Positions 1 through 13,245 of a stretch of 64,000 nt of DNA are shown here, one piece after another; within the stretch, counting starts at the first letter, position 1; every line of letters starts with the position of its first letter. The notes under the pieces are model-generated. The model did no database searches, was not told the origin of the DNA, and worked only from the letters and a program-made list of their open reading frames with translations. Position numbers and translations under genes: made by a program. The DNA comes from Daphnia carinata (lineage: Eukaryota): the NCBI RefSeq assembly GCF_022539665.2, contig NC_081332.1:5456001-5520000 (forward strand), read 5' to 3'.

Positions 1-339
1 GATATAACTCATTTGCATCGCAAACTATCTAGAAACGCGGTACAGCAGTTCATTGTCGGCGTGTCATTCGACTTTGTTTCGACTGCAGACAATAAAAAAT
101 CACGACATCGATCAAGGTAAATACGTATCCCTACAGAATTCGATAATTCATACGCGTAGACTTTCTTATAAACATATGCAAAAATCAGGTACAAAGCGAA
201 ATTAAAGAAGAAGTCATAGATAATGAAGCGTAACATTGAATCATGCACGAATAAGCACCGTGAGCTACCAAAACATTTATGAGGAAAACGTTTGAAAATC
301 CGAATTACATCTGGACTGAACAGTTCGTGACTAGTATAC

Positions 340-1090
340 TTTATGTTTTCCGTTTCAGATAGCGTTGCGCCCTCCTCAAAACAGCTGGACGAGCAATCAA
401 CGAGATGATAGAATAGCCACTGCATCTAGGAAATAAAAAGTAAAGACAAACAAAGAGAATGGCAGCTCGTATTTTATACACTTTGATGCATGTTTCTTCG
501 AGAATACATCAAATCAGAATAACACAGAGGGCCTCTTTCTCAACCATAAACTCTACGCACACACGCCGTGTATATAAATTGACAGGGAAGCTATTATCCA
601 AGTCCTTGCGTGACTTGCATAATTATGGCTACAAGTCTACGATACCTTTCTATTTTTTACTTTATGGTAAAAAACCGCAATAATAATAGCTCTATAGATA
701 TCCATAGAGATTGAGGCTTAAAGTTGTACATAAAGATGAGCGTGTCGTGAATGTCACAACGACCTTTGCAAAACTGGAAGCTTTTGACTGATGCCTAATC
801 CGACATCGTGACACGGAAAAATACATGGTAGATTTAATGGCTTGTCAGTCTGTTACATGTCTACGTAGTTACAGAAATTTTCTTTCTTTCTCTTTGAGGA
901 TGAAGAGAATGAATGTCTTTCCATTACATGGACTGATTTTCTTAAGGCTTGACATGTTACCCCAACTGGAGATGTGGCCATAACGGACCGTTGGATCTCT
1001 CGAATTGGTGGAGCAGCTGCAAATCTTCTAATTTGATGTTGCAGATATAAATGGACGGCCTGTAAATGGCGCATTGTGTCTACCCTTCTT
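340..1090 (-). CDS. Possible spliced gene fragment of unknown function
   Basis: Blocks at ~1090-875, ~795-765 and ~425-340 can be joined via GT-AG into an open frame ending ..ARPAVLRRAQRYLKRKT*. No recognisable family. Confidence 0.2.
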
Positions 1091-1354
1091 CACAGACAAA
1101 CCAAAAAAAAATGTGAAAATCAATTAGGAAGAAGTTAATAAAGTAAATAAATAGTTTTTTACCACACGTTCGATGTTTAAAGTGTTTCTAATTTAGGTGT
1201 GTGTTTTTAGCGGGCTTTTGGCCAGCTTTGTGTTTATGCAATCCCACGAATTTTCGCGCCAATTTTCCATATTCAAATGCAAGTATAAAAAAAAATTGAC
1301 AAAAGTCGACACGTGTACAGCCTTTGGGTAGGGGTAGCATTTTACGAAGAGATA

Positions 1355-1655
1355 GGGTAAGAAACAAGTCAAGAAAGTTGGAAACTATTCGGAGAAGGGG
1401 GATGAAAAAATATTTAACATAAGATTCTTTCAAGGGATGAGTAGACACAAATGAACGTTCAAGGACAACAAAATTAAGAAAAGTCTAAGAAGGGAGGTAG
1501 GGTAAGAACGGAATCGTCCTGAACATCCAAAACAGAAAGGGAATGAAAAACATTTTACATAAGCTTCCTCTCAAGGGATGAGATTAACGAGCCCATTGCA
1601 AAACCGTCCAAGGCCAACGATATTTCGAAATCGAATGAGGAGGGAGACGGAGTAA
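1355..1655. repeat. Imperfect two-unit tandem repeat (~146-150 bp)
   Basis: Both units read GGGTAAGAA..GGRATGAAAAA.ATTT.ACATAAG.TTC..TCAAGGGATGAG..CAAGG.CAAC..AGGGAG. Confidence 0.6.
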
Positions 1656-4600
1656 GGGAAAACTAAAAGTGGGAAAAATTTGCAAATGATTCATATCAAC
1701 CGCTCGAAAACAACAACAAAACTAAAAAAGGGAATGGTAAAATCAACTTAAGTTTAGAAACGAAATGAATTAACCCATTTGTTTTTTCTTTCAGCCATAT
1801 TACTTCCCTGTACAAAAATCGAATATCCCTCATTCCACTTTTGGTGTAAATATTCCACCTTAACACAGAATTTCATTAAAGTAACATTTAAATCATTAAA
1901 GAGTTATAATAACCTTTATGCGTCGATTGGTAAATAAATACGAATGCTTCCGTGAAATAGCCTGGAAAACTATAAACCGATTGAAAACTCATTAATCAAG
2001 GGCTTGAATGATCACGTAAGTGGGACTCTTGGAGATCTTCAGCCATCGATTTAGCCGTATACGAAAATCGCTAACATTTTTTTTTAACGTTCAATCAATC
2101 TGTAGTCAACGGGCATGAAAAACTGTGCCTCAATTCTTAATTACTACAGCGCCTTCAAGAACAAATCTGGTTTTTCACGAAATATACGTAACCTTTCCCT
2201 AATGCAAATTCGCCAATTAAACATGGAGGGGGAAAACTAATGAGTGAGCAGTTTTTTTCGGTCTTGGTCCAGCATGTTGAAATGCACGAGATATAGGCAG
2301 ACTGTTTAAGACGTCCTTTCCATTATTTTCTAATCCGAATTGCGAAATAATCCGAAAAGTGCTGCCTTGCGTTGAAAATAAGAATATAAGACATCCGTTA
2401 GGCCATCGTCAGCAATAATGAGTAAAAAGGATCCACCCACAAAAAAACTCGGTCTGCAATCCTGACTGTATTTTTTTCGCAGATTGCTGATGTTGCACAC
2501 ACACACACACAAAAAAGTGTTGACGAGTTTTTTAAGAAGGCAAGTCGTTTCCTTCCGGGATACGCGGCCAAATTCTGATGGATTATTGACTTTTATTCAA
2601 CCCAATCCATCCGGAACATTTCCTTCCATTTTTTTTTTCTATGCACTCTTCAGACTTCTGCCAGTTGGCGAATATAACAAACATAATTCTTTTAGCTGTT
2701 CGTTTTCTTTTCTTTTTTTTTGCATAAAGCAATGCGTCAAAACAAAATGTGATTCTTACGTTTGTCAATTTTTACGTCGCACGAGGCGAAACCCTTGCCA
2801 TGTTTCCTTTTGAATTTTTTGGGGTGTTAGAATTAGTCCACGTAATAGGCTAATAAGGGTGTGTGAGTTAAGCGTCAAAAATCCGAAACCCAAAGAATGA
2901 AAAGAAACACAAAAAAAAGTAATACAATAGGCTTCATAATATTCATTTGAATAAGGAGAGTACATATATAATGCTAATTTATTTGTATACGTATTCAAGA
3001 GAATGACTCAATCCATTATTGCCTTCTCCAACAATAAGAGAGACAAGCAGATGTTTTCGTACATGTGTGCGTCGAAATGCCCTACTCGGATGAGCGTGAC
3101 TAGCTGACGGGAGGTTAGTTTTTTTGGGGTCGGGATGGCAAGCAGCAATTTCTCATTAGTTTGAAGGGACATAGCGATGCCTTGGAATAAAGAAAAGCAC
3201 GTCGGGTATTTAGGAGGATAACGTGGACGTTCGTGAAGTAGAAACATTAAAACAGACTCACGAGCTGTTTGTGCTTTCACCGGACAGTTTCAATTAGATT
3301 TTCGATATGCATACACTCCTCTTTCATCCATTTCTCGTATGGTGGCTGATGTGCTGCACTTTGTAATCCGGTGAAATGCGATCGTGACGATGCGTAAATC
3401 GATACTAATTGAAGTTGATGGAATGCAACAACTGTCTGAGTTTTTTTTATTTTTGTGAGGACGGCCACTTTCGGGGACGGGTGAAGTCAAAACAGCTGCG
3501 CATCCACTAAGAGCTGGACAAAGAGATACAGTCCCCAACGCCCTGGGGGGAATCGTTAGAAGTGGCCGCCCGATTATCGAGCCATTGATTTCAATTACGT
3601 AAGCGCAGCAATCGCTTAGGAAATTTGAGAGATCCAAAAACGATCGTTGATTTCAATCCAATTCCAATTTTGGCTTTGTTTTTGGCTCACGTTCTACGTT
3701 TTTCCTTCCATTTTCTCGGCCGTGAAATCACACGTCGTTTTACGTCGGTGGTGGAAGGAAGAATCTATGTAATAAATACGATGGAAGTCAACGCAAGAAA
3801 ACATTTGGCAACCAAACAAAACAACGTCTGGCTCCTAAATAAACCTGACTTTGTTGTGCTTCCATCTCCCCCAGTTTAGGAAAGTGTTGAACTATAATAT
3901 TTAAAGATTATTATCCGTTGAAACAGTACGTCTTCTGCAACCGAGAAAAAAATGGATCAAGTGAATCGCCCTCACGCATAGACTGCACGTTTTTTTTTTT
4001 ACAACCGAAGAAAATGAGATTACGTCGCCTTGACTGATTGGTGCTCATCTCCATTTCTCACGCGATGGGCTTCTAGAAGAAAAGCCCCACATTGTCGATA
4101 TTTTTGTAATTCTAAGACGACCAAGAACTCGCGTGCTGGGGTCCCAAAAAGATGAGTATGTACAGTATTGAAAATAAAGAATACGAGTCTATTATATAGG
4201 CCTAGCAAACACACAAAAAGAAGTTTTTTTTATACAACAAACGGAGATTAGATTCGTTGGACCACAAGAGCGGGAGGGCAACAAAAGGGAATTTTTTATT
4301 TATTTTTCGATAAAAGATAGCATGGCGCGTTTGCGCGTGATGGTTTCAATGTTATACGTCTGGCCGCAGAAAAATTGGAAGGAGAAAAGAAAAGATGGAT
4401 GATGGGAGAAACGAAACATTGGGGGGTCTCTCCAGTTCACATTGGAGCATCGCGCATGGAAACCACACACCGACGTCTACACAAAAACGAGGCAAGAGAT
4501 ACTATCCTATAGTCAGTTGGTTGGTGAATGGCAACACAGTCACAACTGCTTTCCATTTCTTGAGAACTTTGCAACACTGTGCCATTGTTTTTGACTCGTT

Positions 4601-4760
4601 TATATTGCACCAACTGCAGTAACATTTGGCGATGTGAATCAATTGAGTTCATCCACGGATTGGGAGGCACTCTACAAATTCTCTGTGTGTTCTTATTACC
4701 CCTCCGTTTGTTGGATTTAGAAGGATATAAAATACTGGCCGGAAGGGGGCTCAGCACATC

Positions 4761-7700
4761 ATGGATCACTGGACAATATCGTTGATAATGGTCAGTACAT
4801 TGGCCACTTTGGCCACTACGTCTGGTGTTTATTCCCAGCAATCGATGCTAATGGAAGTGGATAATGCCGGGCATCATCATTTCGACATCGATCCTTCTAC
4901 GGACGGTGAGTAAAATACATTGGTCACATAAACTACCGCTGGTTATAACATACTTACATAAGCGAAGGGGTGGGAAATTATCCAACGACGTGACGAGTTC
5001 GTGATTACGCATCATCGAGTCTCGGTAGCAAGTAATGCAGGGTTCCCTTTGAAATCGTTTGAATAGATATCAAAGAGCTTATGGATGTTGGTAATTGTCT
5101 AATGCGTAACGAAGAAGTCGCCACAAAAAAATGGAGTCCGTCAGCAACGTCAAAAGGCTTTTAAAAATGATTTGAAATGTGTTTCTCTGCATTCCTTATT
5201 TATGAAATCAGTACGAACATCCACTTGGTTGCAAAAAAAAGTACGATATTCAAAGAAGGAGAGTAAACGACGTCACGTGACAAGAAAGAGATGATGGGAT
5301 GCGGAACATCGCCCACGATTTCGAAATGGATATGCGCGATAAAAATGTCTACGCGTAAACATATAGCTCTTAAAATATTCGTGTGGATGAAAAAGCCTTA
5401 TACGAAACACCTTATCAACTCGGCGGAGCGAATCCGAAATTTATAACGAACGGCTGGAATTTAGAATGAATAAATCAGTTGTTAAGTATAGCATAAATGC
5501 GTTGGGGGTGCAAACATTCTGATTATTACCGGGCATTTTGAACGCATAAAGGAAATCATTGGGTTGATACGTATTATGTAGAACAACAGATCAATCTTCT
5601 TATCGCATGTGGTAGTACGTACTCTTGTTTTGTATGTTATGTTTATAAATGTGTTACATGAAGGCTTGCAATATCGTGACAGGCGGTCAATCAGGCAACG
5701 ACTAATTAATCGGTTTGATGGATCAATTGGATGGGATACACTCTCTGAACTCTCGGGCGTATGAAAGTGACAGCTATTGCTATAGTGTTTAGGCTGGTGT
5801 GTTAGAAAGTGGGAACGAATTAATTTTGAAAGAGGAAAGTGGAGAACAAGCTAACAACATACTCGTGTAAAAAAAAAATGATGAGAATAAAGGTAAGTTG
5901 ATGTCGATCGATAATAATGCGAAACTCGGCACTTACCTCAATGAAGTAATAAGACTACACATAAAAACTTGAAAGAAAATTTGCGCTGATGGTCGACTTG
6001 CATGTCTACTCTGTAGATATCGTCTTACCAATCACCATTAGACCCAAGATTCTTTAAAAAATAGCAGAGCAATCATTATCTGGCATCTTGCTTTTCGATC
6101 CGCTTAGAACAGGCCCATCCTTTTCCTCGTTGCTTTATTGAAAACAGCGTCCCAATCAAATAATTCAGTTTTATATTTCTCGTTCTATATGGTCAGATCT
6201 CGACCCAACGGAAGCCATCATCAAAGCTCTTTTTATGAATTGGGGAAAAACTTCCATATTTTCTTTTTTTTTCAGTTTCAAGTGTAGATATGGCCGGACT
6301 ACTGTATAGCACATCGATTTTTTGTCATCTCTCGCTCTTTCACACTTGGGCGACAACAGCGGCGTCTGATTGGCGAGGTCTACTTCCTATTTCCCCTCTT
6401 TTTTTTTTCTTCTTTTTCTCTTTCTTTCTCCAAGTTTTTTTCCCCTTTCTTTTTCGTTCAGGCTTTATCCAAAAAAAAAAAAGCTTGTTCTTTGTATTTC
6501 CATAAAAGCTTGAGCTCACCAGACATGTACAACTTTGCAAACTTATTTCAAACTTAAAAAAAGACGGTTGAACATTAGAATGATCTTGGAACATGTTGGC
6601 ATATTCACTGAAACGTGTACAATCTGCAGAAAAGTTTCTCCAACTTTGAGAAAAGAAAATGCACGCAATTACGTACGAGTCTCGTTGGGAATGTAATCTC
6701 TCGACTAAGTAGCTAAAAAAAAAGTCGCAACAATAAGAAAAGTTAATTCTCTGAAATTCACAGTCGGTTATCATCGCAATTTCTTAACAGCTTATACATT
6801 TTCAAACGTTAAATGTCTTCTCATTTAAATGGTTTTCCTCCGAGCTGATCAACAGTCGTACGTGACCAGATCCATCTATAGCTCTTGAACTCTATGCGAG
6901 ATGAATGATTTCGTTCTCAACAGCAGCGCTCTACGTGTGTAGTTTTTTTTTACTTTGACGTATAGGTTAGTGGGTAGATCATCCTTGGCGAGCCACTTTA
7001 GGGACTCTTTCCTACTTTTTTTTTCCCTAGGATCAAAGTCAAGATGTTGATGGATTTACACAGCTCACCAGGAAATAGCTCCGTTAGCTTTTAGACCGAC
7101 ATTTGTCAGTCTAGAAACAATCCTTGCTAATGCGTACATCATCAAGAACTTGGATTTGTGTGTGTACTCACAGTCGTGTGCTTTGAAAGTATCATCAGAC
7201 TGTATATGTGTACTCAGTGTGCTTATGGGTATATGGAGACAGAACCCGATGATCCGCACAGTTGGGCCCGTCAACACGATCAATAGAAGTCAACGCTCTT
7301 GTACAAACAGCTAGACGAGTCCTACCCTCGTTTTTATTATTTTTTTTCTATCCAAAAGCCAGAGAAAGGGGCGTTACTGACCGGGATCTGATGGTTCGTG
7401 ATTCAATCGCCTATAATCACGCTCGGCTGGATACCCAAACGTATGTAAGGGGATGGTCCGACGAAAGAAAATTAATAGACTGTTTATAATCTTCGTGCCT
7501 CGCTTGGTTGATAAATTTTCATATGGAATCTGACGTTGAATAATTTACTAACTGTTGTTACATATACCGCCAGCTTATAACCAGACAGGGTTTAAGGCAG
7601 GGACTAAACGAAATGAAAGGCTGGTGGTTTGTCAACGTCTAACAGGATCCCCAACGAGATTTGTTCTTGTTTATATTGAAATTTTGAAAGGCATTCGCAA

Positions 7701-9222
7701 TAGCCTCGATTTAAAAAAAAATAAGGTAAATAAATTTCAAAAATTGGCCTTTCCATCGATTGCCCATCGAAAGAAGATTGGCCATGTAAATAAAGGTTTC
7801 ACTAAAGTGAAACAATAAACGAAGTAACATGAAATAGCGAAAAACAAAGTTTGGTAAAAGGCTGAAATAAAAGGGCAGTGGACAAAAGATCACGATCTCT
7901 TTTCCAATCGATCAATCGAAAAAATAAAAAAGTTTTTAGGGTTTTCCATTTCTTTACTGACATGTGGATAACATCTGGGGCTCTTGTAAGCAACGATTGT
8001 TTTGGCCCAGCAAAAGAGATGGATCAACCTTTTTGCTGCTCCTCTAAGTACTATATCTCGTACGCTGTATATAAAACTATACTCTAAGGAGTGGAAGTAC
8101 CGAAGAAGATCCGGGAGTGTTAAAAAACAAAAGCGCAACGGATATTGCGAAAACCTTTCTCTTCGACGTAAACCAAAAAAAAAAAACATTTCACCGTTCA
8201 GCTACTTTCGAAAAGCTTTTAGTGATGAGGACGATGTCATGCAGTGCAGTTGATTCAAACTTTAATCACACACGAACATATCCTCATGCAAATTAGTAAC
8301 GCACTCTACCTATGTACCGGGAAATTCAAATGAAAACTTAATTGAATTGATTTCTAATCGAAATTCTGGGCAACCTGTAGACAATACGGTATTACCTCAT
8401 TTATTTTGATAGAATACGTTTAAAGTTTATTTGATTGTTGTTAATTTCAAATTCGTTTATCAATTGCAGATATGATGGCCTGCTACTATTGCATTAACGT
8501 GTCCAGCAACGAGATATGCAACCGATTCGCTATTGAAACTCCTTGCCCAGTAGGTATGTTACATAAACGTTAAGTCTTTTTAAGTTTTTACGCTTTGTGA
8601 TCGAAACTTGCTATTTGAAAATTATGCAGATGATTACTCCACCGATTTGACGATGTGTTACACGTTCCACGTGATGGACGAACGAGGGCAGACGCTCATC
8701 GTGACGAAACAATGTGCCACAACGGAAACATGTTCGTCACAAGTCGGTTGTCGTCAAGATAAATCAACCAACCAGACGGTTCGTATATAGATCCAACTTC
8801 TCCCGTAATTGCTATACACACGCAATGTGCATAAATTCAACCGCCATATCGTTCGTGTCAATGACACTGTCGGTTTCGTTTTAGACACTTTGCGAAACCC
8901 GAGCACATTTAATTTTCTCTTCTTTTCTTGCTTTATTTGTTGATGGTTTTCGTTTAGGTATGCGTCAGTTGCTGCGACTTGAATTACTGGTATGTAAAAC
9001 AAGGCATTTGCATGTAAATAGCACCTAATAAATTCGTATCGTCTTCTACATTTCCAACGCAGCAACGAGGAAGTCGCTTTCAACGCCAGTGATGCTGTGT
9101 TCCTACGCTCAAACGACCGGACGGCAGCATTTTCATCGGCGTCCAAATTTATCGTCAGTCGGTGGACAGTCATTCTACAATCACTAACTGCGACTCTTCT
9201 CTTCCTGTCGTCGTTAAACTGA
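4761..9222 (+). CDS. Ly6/uPAR (three-finger) domain protein, LYPD6/6B-like, probably GPI-anchored; 5 coding exons
   Basis: Manual splice of 4761-4905, 8470-8553, 8630-8778, 8958-8989 and 9063-9222 (all GT-AG, phases consistent). Product: signal-peptide-like N-terminus, then CYYC..SNEICNRFAIETPCP..CYTFHVMD..IVTKQC...C...GC...VCVSCCDLNYCN, then a hydrophobic tail. Cysteine spacing matches LYPD6. Confidence 0.8.
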
Positions 9223-11153
9223 TCGTATCCTGGACAAAATAAGCATTTCTATAGGACACTTTCCCTGTGTATTTTTCAGCAGGATTCAAAATTCTATATG
9301 CAACAATTTAGAAAAACCAAGAATCAAACAACGTGGGAACGAATTCGTTTTTAGATCTAGGAAGACGTAAAGCTAACAGGGCCCTAAGGCAATTCGTCGT
9401 GCCTTGTCGTTCGTGTTCTGCAATTACGTCGAGCTGTTGAACCAGGAAAGTAGAACGACGGGTTTCTGTTACCATCACGCGATCCAATGAAAAAAATAAA
9501 AAAAACAGACAGGATTTGAGAGATGAAGGGAAAAGAATAAAGAAGTTTGTTGGAGGCAAAGTGTTTTATGGGTGGAGATTTTTCCTGACCATTTTTCACT
9601 TGATGTCAGTTACACAACCAATTAAGTTGATCTAAGATTTCGTTTACCACGCCCTTATTGTCCCCTTGCGTCATGTAATTTGGGACACGGACCATTTTTC
9701 ACGTCAACTGGAACGCTGGTACTGCGAGCATTTTGGAATCATTAACAATCCTGCGAATTCTCAAAATGATTGTTGACGTTTTATTATTTTACCTGAACGT
9801 TGTTACAATGGGGTTATTGTTTTCATCATTTGTGCGTGTACAGCACCTAAAAAAAATTGGATTCGCTTCAGCGTGAACGATCGATACGAACTCTATTTGC
9901 CATGGCAATACATAAAAAAAAGGGAAAGAAGATGAATCTCCAGCATGAAGAGAGTTTCTCATGTATATAACATGTACAGTATAAACAGTAACTGATGATG
10001 TAAAACAAACTCATCGTGATTGGTTTCCATTCCCTTTTTTTGATTTATTCCAAGCCGGGAATAGGATTCTGCTTTTATTCTTTTCCCCACTTTCTCTCCT
10101 GTCTATTTGTTCAACCGTGTTGTATACCATAAATGTAACACGCGAATTGTGATGGAGTCTCTTGTTTTATTGACAATCTGTACATTACATACAGCCCACG
10201 TATATACATAGCACTGAATTGGAACGCGGAGACTATAATCGAATTGATGCAACTCTCCTGGACTTGCAAATGATTGATGGTGTAAAAAAGTACTGAATAT
10301 CTGATATTCCTTTTTTGTCGGCGTTGACTATCCTGTTTTTTTGTGTGTGTTGTTGTTGCATTTATCTAATAAGACGGTCCATCATACAACTACTCACATA
10401 ATGTAATTGAGCTCATCTCTACTGATTATGTTGATGCAATTGGTTTATTAATTTTTTTTTTGCTTATGTTACAGACAGAAAAATAGCATACGCAGACATT
10501 ACGTAGGAATGTTCTCCGTTAACTGATCGTTCGGGATAACCTTCAACGAGGGGGGGCAAATGTGTAAATGTATAGATTGGTTCATCAATCAAACGACGCA
10601 TCGATTCTCTGGACCACCGATGCCAGCCATTTCTTTAGAATAATTAATTCCCACGTATGGTACCCGTCTGGTCTTTGACCAATGACCAGCGAGACGTTCA
10701 GCACTTTGGAAGCATAAACGATGGGTATCTCTACATCAAACCTTTCAGGGCACCAGAAAATGATGGCAAACTGTTGATACTTACGTAAATATCTCAGGAA
10801 AAAAGTAATGATGGTCCATACATATAATATCCACCAACAAGAGACAACTTACGTCTCTAAAAGATGGATACATTGCCCGTGACATCGAATCCGATGAGAA
10901 CTGGACATTTCAGGTTTTGAAATGAATTTCAATCAAAATTGGCAAACAAACAAATTACTTTAATTAGCATCGAGATTGGGCTCACCAACACAATAGAATA
11001 AACGATATGGTGAGGATAATTAACATGCAGCAGCACGAATGAGTAAACAATCATTTGCAAACTTCCACGTGCGTTTGATAACAGATTCCCAACTAGAACA
11101 GATGGATACCAAAATAATGAGGAGACCACCGGTAATGGAACATCAAGTTAAAC

Positions 11154-13245
11154 TCAGTCCATTTTAATACTACCATAAATATATCGCACAAATTTGAGCG
11201 ATGCAAAGAAAGCAACCGTACCGAGTGCCAAGAAAAAGGCATAACAAGTGATAAAAATGGATGAAAAGAATTCGACAGTTTGAAAGAAGCCCGACATGTT
11301 GGAACGCCGGAAATAATAAAACGCCGCGTACAAGAAGATGAAAACGCTGGTAGATCCCGCAGCAAAAATGGATCTCCACCACCATTCGTGATCTTCGATG
11401 GCCAGTTGGAAATACGTCAGCGCGATGGACACTGTCGCTGTCACGCAGAGGACGATAATGAACGTCAAACCCAGAATGCCGTAGAGAGTGTACGGCTCCC
11501 GACTCCAAAGGGTGGCAAAGACGTAATACAACTCCACTGAGATGGCACTAAACGGCAGGAATCCACCAACCAGATAGTGCATTATCCACGAACGGTACCA
11601 CGGTGTGTATGGTATCTCCCTTGGTATGTTTTTGGCACGGCAGGGCGCATCAAAATCACCCGCAGCATTCTTGCCAAAAATCCCGCCCAAAACAGTTAAT
11701 GGGTAACCTGGGCAACAGAAAAACAATTCATCAATCATTTCATAAAGAAAGATATAAATGAATTACGTACCGATAAAGAGCCAGACCATCATCATGAGGA
11801 CGACAGTGGTGAAGGGCAGTGCTTGAGTAGAATGGTACATCCAGGCCACTGTGTTTTGAATGCCCCAAAGGACGAAGAATGGGACAGCGAAAAGGCACGA
11901 CGTTAGATGAACACATTGGACCCATCGGAATCCTTCGCCCATTTGTTTGAAAAACCGACAGGCCACGAAGCCACTGACGATGGACGTCAGGGCATAGAGG
12001 AAGCAGGAGGCTACATTGACGGCCCCGTGGCGATGCACGCTAAACTGACCGGCCAATGCCAGAACGATGATGATGGTTGCCATGCAGAGCAACTGTGAGC
12101 CTACGCCCAATATAGCGCAAAACAGCATTTTCCGCTGCGGAAAGCGGAAGACGTCAGAGTGGATGATTTTCCAGCCGTACTCGTCTACATCTCCTGTTTT
12201 ATAAGGACAAAAGAAATGGCATTTTAGCTTCTACGTTGTTTACATAATGCAACACAAATACCTGCGGGATCTTCACTGTACCGTGCGAAATCTTTTTTCA
12301 CGATGCGCATCAAGATGACGGCCACGAAGCTGATGAGTAAGAAAGCCAATACCATAGAATTCATGACGGAGAGCCAATGAATTTCCAAAGTGATTGGGAA
12401 GAATTTGCGAGCTTTAAAACGATCCAGCCTGTCCTCATACTTAACGCTGGTAGGGACCCATTTGGCGCTATACGTATGAGTTATTTCCAGATCGTCTTCA
12501 GGCGTCTCAGGCAACTCGACGCCTTCGCTGACAGAGACATTGGCACTAATGATTTGCCGGTCGTTGTATTCAAAGACAAAATCGTATTGCGTCCAGACCA
12601 TGATTTTGTGAGTGTGAGGGAAAAGGCGTCCCTCTTCCAAATGTCCCACAAAATTTCTTAGTGGCAAATCATCTACCACAAATTCAAAATAATACTGATC
12701 CTCAATGGCTTCAGAAAGCTTTTCTAGTTCTTTTTTCTTCAGGTTCAAGGTGCAAAGTGTTTTCTTTTCAAGGTCCATTTTGAATTTCAACTTATACAAT
12801 GATTTTGCCATACGGTCTCCATCCAGTACCTCTCCCAAAGACAAACTGCGGTGCTCAATCTATTGAAAACCATTGGCAGTTTTTGATCGTCAAAATAACA
12901 GTGCCTAATATGAAGTTACCTTTTCTGGAATACAGACAGGTAAACTGTAGTAGTGGTAGGTTTCATGGGGGTTGTTGTATGGGCCAACTTTGTTAACGTA
13001 CAGCTTGACCTATGGAAACAAAAAAATTTGAATTAAAGTTCCGCTTGATGTCACAGACCACACATACGAGAAGGTAACCAAGTTTCGCGGTTTCAATCGT
13101 TAATGGGAAATGCTTGTCGTAGATCTTGCATGTAAAATTGAATTACCTCATCGTTGTCGTCATATTTTTCGGCATCCACAGAATACCTTCCCAATTCTAA
13201 AAAGGAAAAGAGAAAAAAGAGAATGAATACTGTCCACGTAGTCAT
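11154..13245 (-). CDS. TM9SF1: Transmembrane 9 superfamily member 1 (nonaspanin)
   Basis: Motifs [76 protein letters not shown] and C-terminal YGSIKMD, spread over short-intron exons. Signal-peptide exon starts at 13245. Confidence 0.93.
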
